Shown: piece by piece, positions 52,268 through 59,550 of the stretch | Layout of the letters: the number at the start of each line of letters is the position of its first letter | Position numbering within the stretch: position 1 is the stretch's first letter | NCBI GenBank assembly: GCA_013820875.1 | Contig: JACDHS010000003.1 | Coordinates: forward strand, 26,952 to 90,951 | DNA length: 64,000 nucleotides | Direction of reading: 5' to 3' | From: Verrucomicrobiota bacterium | GTDB lineage: Bacteria; Verrucomicrobiota; Verrucomicrobiia; Limisphaerales; JACDHS01 | The notes under the pieces: model-generated | The model's database searches: none | What the model was told of the DNA's origin: nothing | What the model saw: only the letters and a program-made list of their open reading frames with translations | Made by a program: the position numbers and the translations under genes

Positions 52268-55200
52268 TTAACTCGTAAGCACCGCTGCTTCAATCCAGTC
52301 ACCACCCGGCAACGCATAAGGCCGAAACGTTTCCAAATGCCCTTCCTGCTCGTGAAAAAAGAGGGCGCGATGCATCCCGAGTGTGCTGGCTTTTGGATTA
52401 TCAATCAGGCTGGCGGAATCGTTGGCACTCATTTGAAAGACGATCCGCATTCCGAACTCGCTCAATGCCTTTTTGCTAAGGAACCGGTTCACGTTATTAT
52501 AGCTGTCGCAACTGACCACCACATGGATGCCGAGGCTGGCGCCTTCACAGATCAGTTTGTTGAGTTGAGTGGAAGGCGACGCGCTTTCTGAATCGTCACT
52601 GGAGAAGCTGAAATCCTCCTCATAGCGGAGTTTGGAAAACTTCTGCAACCCCTGGATGAACAGGAAGATGGCCGGGGCTTGGGCCACTTGTTCATCTTCC
52701 TGACGACGTTTCATTTCTGCCGCCAGTTCATTCATGATTGAGGCCATGTCACCGCTCTTTGCGATCTCCACCTTGGCTGAGGTAGTGCGCACGACGCGTT
52801 CCAGGTAAGCGCGGTGGGTCGAACCAGTCGGATTGCTATCGAACACAATGAACCGTGCTCCGCCGCTCGGGCGTTGGGCGGTCAGCGCAATCAGTCCGAG
52901 GGAATACATAGCGAGGACCGCTTCTTCATTTTGCCCGACAAGCAGAAGATGATTTCCGCTCTGCCGCTGGAACACAACCTCGGTCGGCCCTTTAATGGCG
53001 TTCGGCGCACCGAGCCAGAAACGGAGTGGCGCTGTCGATGGAATGAAGTCTCCCCGGAGCAATGCCTGCAACGGCTCGTTCTCCCGCACATCCGCGGGGG
53101 CGTTGCCTTCGAACACAACCGGCGATCTATAAACCTTTCCAGTTTTAACAGCCTCTGCCTGCACGCGTTCGAGAAAACTGTCGCGGACACCGTCCGGTAG
53201 CCAAACGGTTTGGAACGGACTGTTGCCATGCATGGCGCCGGCTTCGTCATTGTAAATGCCTTCACCGGGACGGGAGAGCAAACGAGGCGCGGGATTGCTG
53301 TCGTCCATGATGAGGTAGGCATCCGCTTCATTGCACTGCAAAGCGATGCGAATGACCATTTGCCCAATCGTCGTCCGCGCCATGGTGTAAGCACCGCCCA
53401 ATGTCTGCGACCCCAAAATGACGTGAATCCCAAAAGCGCGGCCCTGTCGCACTATGCGATCCAGCAACACCGACGCACCCTGCGAAATTTTATCGTCTTC
53501 GACAAAAAATTCCTGGAACTCGTCAATGAGGAGAAGCGAACGCGGAATCGGTTCTGTTCCACCCGCTCTCTTGTAGCCGGCAATATCCTGAACGCCCAGT
53601 TTGCGGAACAGTTCGCCGCGCCGGCGCAGTTCATCATCCAGACGTTGGAGAACGCTCAAACCAAACTCTCGATCGCTTTCAATTGCGATGACCCGCGCAT
53701 GCGGCAGTTTCTTCGTGGCGTAACATTTAAATTCCACGCCCTTCTTGAAATCGATCAGGTAAAACTCCACCTGCTCCGGGCTGCACCAGAGCGCGAGATT
53801 CGTGATGAGCACGTGAAACAAAGTGGATTTGCCGGAACCAGTCTTGCCCGCGAGCAATGCGTGTTGCCGCGTCCCTCTTCCGATTTCCAGATACTGCAGT
53901 TTCGTCGCGCCGGTGCGGCCAATCGGGACACGCAATTCAGTCGTCGTATCTTCGCTCCAGATGTCGGAGTCCTCAGGAGCCACATGTGAGAAAGGAACTT
54001 CGATCCGGTTGGAATCACGATTCTGCACGCCAACACGGTTGATGAATTCGGTCGCAATCTCTGCGCTCGGCGGTGTGTCCAGAACGATGTTCGTCCCGGG
54101 CAATTGTCTACCCGTGAAGAACAGCCGATCCTCTTTGGCATTGATGCAGACGCTGCTCTTGCGCAGTTCTTCAGGAATGAAATCGGATGGCAACGTGTGG
54201 TTCGCGTTCCAATGGATCAGCGTATAAACCCCGCAACGCGCACCGCTCGCCGCAATACTCAGCAGGCGTCTGGCAGCGATGTCCGTGAAGTTCGTTGGAA
54301 AATCCGCAACGACGAGGAAATGATATTTCTCCGCAATATTGCCAGCCTGTTCATTGTATTCCGCAATGGTGGCGTATTCATTGCGCAGGTACATCTGAAT
54401 GACCTTTTCCATGTGCTCATTCAATTCCCCGAGCCGCTGTTCGATCTGTCCGGCCTGCGTCCAAATCCGGTTGTTGATCAAATGCTCGGCGTAATCCGAC
54501 AGGTGCATGATGCCAGCAAAGTTCTGTCCCAGCCCAACGGGATCCACGATGGTGAAACTGACCCGCCCAGGGGCTGCGACAGAGAGCAGGCGCAACACCG
54601 CATTGTTCAGAGCTGCGGTGGCAGCATCATGCCCCGTTTCGGTGGTTTCAATGAGAAGGGATCCCTCATTCGGATATGCCAAAGTGACCGGCAGCGAAAA
54701 ACGCGTCGCACCGGCCAGCGAAAGTCGAGGGTCTTTGGGCAACCCACCGGCGAGCTTTTCTACATCCACCTGCCAGCGTCCCACCTGTGTCGCGTGGGCG
54801 AATCGTTCCGGGGATTTCCAGTTCGTGAGAGTCGGAGAAGTCCAGGGAGGAAACAGTTGTTCGGCCGCGGCATTCAATTCCTCAATACGAGCATAAACAG
54901 GCGCCACCAACGTCTTCCATTCCGATTCCATTTCCTGCCAGCGGCTTTGCGAATCTGCGTTCAACCGCGCTTCTCTTTCAGCGTAATCTCTCGTGATCGC
55001 ACTTTTCCGCTCGTCCGCCTGCTGTTGCAGTTTTTCCAGTTCCACCGTGTGCTCCTGTTGCAGGCGAGATTGTTTCGTTTCGGAAATCTCCGCATTCCTG
55101 GCGTTGGCACGCGCTGCTTTGGCGTTGAGTTCGCACGGACGCGATTCCCTCAATCGCGCGGCTTCATCCACCGCTGCGGACCAATCTTGTTCGATGCGTT

Positions 55201-56140
55201 TAATGCGATCCTCGAACTCGTGGACGGTTCTTTCGTAATCGTTCTTGTAACGCTGCTCGGCCTTCTCCCTGCAAACTTCCACCAACTTGCGCCCTTTGGT
55301 CAGTGCGCCAGCGATCCCCCGCGCCTGCGAATCACCCTGGCGCCGGCTGAACAGGTGCAAAAGAAATCCAAGAACCAACAAACCTCCGGCAGAACCAATC
55401 GCATGTTGATAAGTGAACGAATCAATCCCGAAGTGCTGCAACAGAGGAACGGCGGGAATCTGCAGCAGCACCAATATCCCGAGCAACAGACGTCGTTTGA
55501 AAATGTGCGGGAGTAATGATCGCCGGAACCGGCTCAAATCATCCTGCGCTTTGTTCAGCAGGTTGCGCAACTCGACGAATAGCTCGTTTTCATCGCGGGA
55601 AAGTTCCGCTTCGCCCAGTCGTGGCGCGGTCGCGAGCAACCGCTGGAAGGCGCCGTAACCTCGAAAGGCGCTCTTCGCCTTTTCCTCCATTTGCGACAAC
55701 TTGTCCTCTTCCGCAAAAACGTCCTGGGAGAAAGTCTCACACGTTTTCTGCACAGTCGCCAAACCGGTGTCGCGATTGCGATGTGACTGCATCGTATCCA
55801 TCTGCAACTTCGTTTTGCGCCCACCCTCCCGGTCATCGATTTTCTTGAGCGCCTGCTTTTGGCTCCTCCACTGCGCCTTGGCCAGCCACGCTTTACGCGT
55901 GGTGAATTTCGCTTCCAGGCGTGTTTTGGTTTCCGCAAACGTTTCCCTGGCCTGCGCCATTTCCGCGGACAAACGCGCGGCCGATTCCTCCGATGCCTGG
56001 TCACGCCGTTGTTGTTCGATGTTGAACTTGCCGCGGAATTCCTGGTTCAACTTCTCTTCCCGCGCGGTGAAATCGCGCACGAACTCCCTCAGTTGCTCGA
56101 CGAGCGTTATTGTTTGTGCGACCCCAAAATGTTTACTCAC
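52268..56140 (-). CDS. Membrane FtsK/SpoIIIE-family ATPase (EssC/EccC-like, T7SS-type) with long coiled-coil regions
   Basis: 1290 aa. About 210 aa of charged helical sequence are followed by 2 TM helices (LLLGILVLLQIPAVPLL..., AGGLLVLGFLLHLF) and ~200 aa more coiled coil. Three P-loop-like modules follow. Only the middle one has Walker A LLAGKTGSGKST and Walker B SLLLIDEFQEF. Confidence 0.85.
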   Translation of the reverse strand: MSKHFGVAQTITLVEQLREFVRDFTAREEKLNQEFRGKFNIEQQRRDQASEESAARLSAEMAQARETFAETKTRLEAKFTTRKAWLAKAQWRSQKQALKKIDDREGGRKTKLQMDTMQSHRNRDTGLATVQKTCETFSQDVFAEEDKLSQMEEKAKSAFRGYGAFQRLLATAPRLGEAELSRDENELFVELRNLLNKAQDDLSRFRRSLLPHIFKRRLLLGILVLLQIPAVPLLQHFGIDSFTYQHAIGSAGGLLVLGFLLHLFSRRQGDSQARGIAGALTKGRKLVEVCREKAEQRYKNDYERTVHEFEDRIKRIEQDWSAAVDEAARLRESRPCELNAKAARANARNAEISETKQSRLQQEHTVELEKLQQQADERKSAITRDYAEREARLNADSQSRWQEMESEWKTLVAPVYARIEELNAAAEQLFPPWTSPTLTNWKSPERFAHATQVGRWQVDVEKLAGGLPKDPRLSLAGATRFSLPVTLAYPNEGSLLIETTETGHDAATAALNNAVLRLLSVAAPGRVSFTIVDPVGLGQNFAGIMHLSDYAEHLINNRIWTQAGQIEQRLGELNEHMEKVIQMYLRNEYATIAEYNEQAGNIAEKYHFLVVADFPTNFTDIAARRLLSIAASGARCGVYTLIHWNANHTLPSDFIPEELRKSSVCINAKEDRLFFTGRQLPGTNIVLDTPPSAEIATEFINRVGVQNRDSNRIEVPFSHVAPEDSDIWSEDTTTELRVPIGRTGATKLQYLEIGRGTRQHALLAGKTGSGKSTLFHVLITNLALWCSPEQVEFYLIDFKKGVEFKCYATKKLPHARVIAIESDREFGLSVLQRLDDELRRRGELFRKLGVQDIAGYKRAGGTEPIPRSLLLIDEFQEFFVEDDKISQGASVLLDRIVRQGRAFGIHVILGSQTLGGAYTMARTTIGQMVIRIALQCNEADAYLIMDDSNPAPRLLSRPGEGIYNDEAGAMHGNSPFQTVWLPDGVRDSFLERVQAEAVKTGKVYRSPVVFEGNAPADVRENEPLQALLRGDFIPSTAPLRFWLGAPNAIKGPTEVVFQRQSGNHLLLVGQNEEAVLAMYSLGLIALTAQRPSGGARFIVFDSNPTGSTHRAYLERVVRTTSAKVEIAKSGDMASIMNELAAEMKRRQEDEQVAQAPAIFLFIQGLQKFSKLRYEEDFSFSSDDSESASPSTQLNKLICEGASLGIHVVVSCDSYNNVNRFLSKKALSEFGMRIVFQMSANDSASLIDNPKASTLGMHRALFFHEQEGHLETFRPYALPGGDWIEAAVLTS

Positions 56141-56345
56141 AGTCTCTCCTGATTTTATTTGTGACTTTCTCCAATTGATCGATCACGGACATCGCGGTGT
56201 CCACACTGGACAACAGTTCTTCGATGTACTTTTTCTCGAACTCCAGGGCCTTGCTGTCGTTCCAATGATACTTGGTTTCCTGCCATTGCCGGGCAAGTTC
56301 CTTGGTAACCGCAGCGAGGCTTGCCCGGCTGCTATTGAGGCTCAT
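56133..56345 (-). CDS. Small WXG100-like helical protein (W-x-D variant), 70 aa
   Basis: I set the start at ATG 56343-56345 (MSLNSSRASL...). The upstream extension in the track is Arg/Pro-rich read-through of the preceding gene. The motif HWNDSKALEFE matches the W-x-G-x-x-A-x-x-F pattern with D in place of G. The gene overlaps both neighbours (14 nt and 8 nt). Confidence 0.6.
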   Translation of the reverse strand: MSLNSSRASLAAVTKELARQWQETKYHWNDSKALEFEKKYIEELLSSVDTAMSVIDQLEKVTNKIRRDCE

Positions 56346-56883
56346 TGGTCTCCTTGGTAGCCGGTTGCGCCGGGGGTGGCGTGGCCTCGGTTGATTCTTT
56401 GTGCGATTCACCTGATGCCGACCGGTAGTCCTGCAATGTCTCAATGACTTTGGTTAAATAAGCAATGCTGTGGGGCAGTTCGCTGGCTAGGACAGTATGC
56501 AAATGTCCCAGTTGTTTAGCGAGCGGCTCAAGTTGACTGCTCACTTCACGATTCCAACGTTTCACCATCCTTAATTTTACTTCAGCTTCGTCGAAAGCAA
56601 TCTTCGCTTTGCTCACTGCCTGGCGTTCGGCGACCGTGACGTCCCGCAAGCTGGACATCTGCGCGCTGAAAAAAGCATTCTGCGCTTCGTCGAGGCGATG
56701 CTTGCGGCGTCGCAGTTCATGTTCCCAATGAAGCCGCTGCTCATTCTCGACCCACATCCGGGTGCGTGCGACGTCGGTATTTATTTCTTCAAGGGTAGGG
56801 CGCGCTTTGCTGAGATAGATGATCAGGCTATTCCGAAATGATTCGATAGCTTCGACGGATGTTACTTTGGCGCGGTTGGACAT
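56332..56883 (-). CDS. 183-aa helical/coiled-coil protein of unknown family with a Pro/Thr/Glu-rich tail
   Basis: This ORF lies between the two WXG-like genes and has a heptad-like charged sequence. I recognised no TM segment and no motif. Confidence 0.6.
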   Translation of the reverse strand: MSNRAKVTSVEAIESFRNSLIIYLSKARPTLEEINTDVARTRMWVENEQRLHWEHELRRRKHRLDEAQNAFFSAQMSSLRDVTVAERQAVSKAKIAFDEAEVKLRMVKRWNREVSSQLEPLAKQLGHLHTVLASELPHSIAYLTKVIETLQDYRSASGESHKESTEATPPPAQPATKETNEPQ

Positions 56884-56900
56884 GTTAAAGAAAAAAGTTT

Positions 56901-57015
56901 AACCACGAATGAACAAAATGATTGAGAAGTTGCAGGGTTGAATTGTTGGATTGTTACATGGTGAGCATGTAACGATTCAACCAAGTAACCGGCCCATTCG
57001 TGTTCATTCGTGGTT
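56901..57015. repeat. Nested palindrome inside the T7SS-like operon (REP-like, related to the CACAGATGRA family)
   Basis: AACCACGAATGAACA (56901-56915) pairs with TGTTCATTCGTGGTT (57001-57015), 15 bp perfect. The inner stems are GGTTGAAT/ATTCAACC and GTTACATG/CATGTAAC. Confidence 0.9.
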
Positions 57016-57023
57016 TTAAAAGT

Positions 57024-57296
57024 TTATCGTTGATTAAGATACTCTTCGATTCGCTGCGCTTTACGCAACAGGTAAGGGGTGTGCTGGTTTGATACTTCCA
57101 CAAATTTCTTCAGCGCCTTGAGCGTCTGTTTGAATTCTTCCGAGAATTTCGTGTGTTCCTGGTCCTGCCATGTTTCCCCCAGAGAAGCGAACCTGGCCTG
57201 GAGCGAGGCCATCCGGTTTTGGACATCCATATTGAACCGTTTCAATTCTTCCGCGAAGCGCCGCACTTCCTCGGGATCCATGATGGCTTGAGACAT
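57024..57296 (-). CDS. WXG100-like protein (W-x-D variant), 90 aa
   Basis: At 90 aa it is the right size for a helix-turn-helix hairpin. The central motif is LGETWQDQEHTKFSEEF. It is the first gene of a cluster that ends in the FtsK/SpoIIIE ATPase. Confidence 0.7.
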   Translation of the reverse strand: MSQAIMDPEEVRRFAEELKRFNMDVQNRMASLQARFASLGETWQDQEHTKFSEEFKQTLKALKKFVEVSNQHTPYLLRKAQRIEEYLNQR

Positions 57297-57543
57297 AAGT
57301 ATTCTTTCGACAATTTCGGTGCAGATACGTTGAAGGAAACTCTATCGGCACAAACGGAGCCACGCAAACTGTGAATCTGTTCCTGGGTTCCTCAAGGCGC
57401 GATTAAAAGTGGGGGAGCTTGTGGGGGGGGGGCAGGCTGGAAGCCTCTCCTACCTTACAGCGGCTTCGCCGCTAGAGTAGGACAGTGCATCTTGTCCGGG
57501 CAAAGGGGGAAATCAGGATCTCACCCGCTATTGAATCCTGGGT

Positions 57544-58425
57544 TTATTGAAAAAGGCTGGCGGCATTCTCGTCCTTGGAAAGATTACGGCCACCTTCGTA
57601 AACGTTCTCCAACTTGCCACCGGTCCACTTGCGAAGGCGGTAGAGTTGGCCAAATACAAAACCTGGCGCCGCACCACCCTGGCCGCCGACCAATTCAGCG
57701 CCGCGACGGACATTGTCCATCATCCAGGCGGGGATCAGGATATGGTAAGGATTCCGTTTCACTTCGCCGACATGAAAGGAAGTGCCGGCCATCAGATCGG
57801 CGACATCCTGCTCGCTATATTCCACCATCAGATTTGGAGTATCGTTTTGCCCCCAGAATTCGGTTTCCACACAGTAAGTGATGAAATCCGCGGGCAACGT
57901 CCGCAAGGCATCCACGACCAGGTGATGCACGCCGATGTGTGTGCCGTTCCAATCGGCGTCGTGCGGGAAGAAAATCGCCCTGGGTTGATTTTGCGCGAGA
58001 ATATCGGCGATCACCTTGACCATCTGCGACCAAAGCGCTGGGTCGGTGTCGCGGGTTTTGGGTGTCACTTTTTCCAAACCGTTCGGAGCGGTTTGGATCA
58101 AGCCGAAACCGAGATAGCCACAGGCTTCCGTCAGTTCTTCGTAGCGTTCGGTTTGCCGTTCCTTTTTGCTGCCCTGCGTCACGGCGACATTAATCGCGTT
58201 CCACTTTGCTTCTCGCAGCAGACGGAGCATCAAACCACCCTGGATTGTTTCGTCATCCGGGTGCGGCGCAAAGAACAAAGCTTTGGGAGCATCCGGGGCG
58301 AGTTGCGGCCGGGTGCAGGGTGGCAAATTGCCCATCGGAAGTGATTTAGCTTCAACGGTGGACTTGGCGAGGCTGGAAACAAAATCGAGATACGAGTTCA
58401 TATTGTCTGCCGCAGAGATGTACAT
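57544..58425 (-). CDS. PIG-L/LmbE-family N-acetylglucosaminyl deacetylase
   Basis: 293 aa with the FFAPHPDDETIQGG zinc-binding motif. Confidence 0.8.
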   Translation of the reverse strand: MYISAADNMNSYLDFVSSLAKSTVEAKSLPMGNLPPCTRPQLAPDAPKALFFAPHPDDETIQGGLMLRLLREAKWNAINVAVTQGSKKERQTERYEELTEACGYLGFGLIQTAPNGLEKVTPKTRDTDPALWSQMVKVIADILAQNQPRAIFFPHDADWNGTHIGVHHLVVDALRTLPADFITYCVETEFWGQNDTPNLMVEYSEQDVADLMAGTSFHVGEVKRNPYHILIPAWMMDNVRRGAELVGGQGGAAPGFVFGQLYRLRKWTGGKLENVYEGGRNLSKDENAASLFQ

Positions 58426-58565
58426 GGCCGGGTGGGAAATGGAAGCCAGTATTCAGTGTTCAGAACTGACCAGCCGTGGCAATCCCGCATCCCAGAAATC
58501 GAGGAACCGCATCCAGCATCGTAAATTGCTCGCTGTAAGCGATTTACAAACCTGGAACAGCTCCA

Positions 58566-58800
58566 AACCGGCATTTTTACCGCCGGAAAAGTTGCCGTCA
58601 GAGGCTGATTGGCGTTTTTACCGGCGGGAAAAGTCCCCGTCAGCTTCTGATTACGATTTTTCCAGCGGGAAAAGTTGTCCTCAGAGTGTGGGGCATTTTT
58701 ACCGGCGGAAAAAATCGTTATCAGCTTCTGATCAGAACTTTTCCGCCGGAAAAAATGCCGATCTGGCCCTGAATCGGACCTTTTTTCCCGGGTTCAGAGG
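58566..58800. repeat. Tandem repeat array 3: ~41-bp unit, 6 diverged copies
   Basis: T-run unit starts fall at 58574, 58615, 58657, 58696, 58739 and 58781. Each unit carries a near-palindrome TTTT(A/T)CCGSCGGRAAAA. Confidence 0.85.
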
Positions 58801-58980
58801 CATCAAAAAGCAGAAGGGAAAAGTATTTGCGGACGGGAAAGGAATACGAAGCGGCACCCGGTTTATTTTCCTGTAAAAATCATCCCCCACAACCCGATAC
58901 CCGACAAACCCGCAAAACATTGGCTGGGCAAACTGACGAAGCGGAACCCAAACATCGCCTCTGCATCACCGCTAGGTGAT

Positions 58981-59234
58981 GCTCCAAAAAATCGGTGGGG
59001 TTTTGCGTAACCGTCGAAGCGGTTCGTCTCTTTTCTAGTTCTGATTTGTGAAAACCCTAATTTCTGCCTTCCGCAAATCCTCACCAAGCCTGGTACGTGC
59101 GTGTTGTTGTTTCAAAGCAATTGCCATCCACAAATTTCAGAACAAAACACGCACACACTAAACTTCACGAGGATTTGCGGAAGGCAGAAGTCAAGGTTTT
59201 GGCACAGCAAAACCCCACCGTTTCTTGGAGGTGC
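58981..59234. repeat. ~250-bp imperfect palindrome (MITE-like or structured-RNA-like)
   Basis: TTCTGCCTTCCGCAAATCCTC (59062-59082) pairs perfectly over 21 bp with 59169-59189. CGGTGGGGTTTTGC (58993-59006) pairs perfectly over 14 bp with 59207-59220. Further imperfect pairing lies inside and outside these arms. Confidence 0.85.
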
Positions 59235-59550
59235 TCCCGCACCGAAACACAGCCTAGCCGACCGCGCCTCGATCCGAATTCTGTCCCAAAAATTCCATTC
59301 CTTTCCCAACCTGAAAACGTTAAACCTCGCCCATGTCGGATAATCACCATGAACCAGGCCGTCGCACCCCAGCGAAGGGAGTTCACATCTATTCCGGTCA
59401 ACCGAACTGGGTCTTGCTGACCGTCTGCACGGAGAAAGGACATTCGCTCGATTTCCCTGCAGGAAAGTGTCGGGTGAGGGAGTCAGAAGTTGGGGTAAAA
59501 CACCATGACTTTTCAGGGAGAGACTATCAAGTGTCCCCTCTTACAATTCC

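Noticed and set aside
53210-55516. Plus-strand ORFs of 259 and 470 aa opposite the FtsK-like gene. The same applies to 49477-50418 opposite glgP, 45073-45882 opposite the MMPL gene and 57547-58344 opposite the LmbE gene.
   Set aside because: They are antisense to genes with clear catalytic motifs. They have no motifs of their own and an Arg-rich composition.
58166-58876. 236-aa plus-strand ORF
   Set aside because: It is antisense to the LmbE-like gene and then reads through tandem array 3. It has no recognisable motifs.
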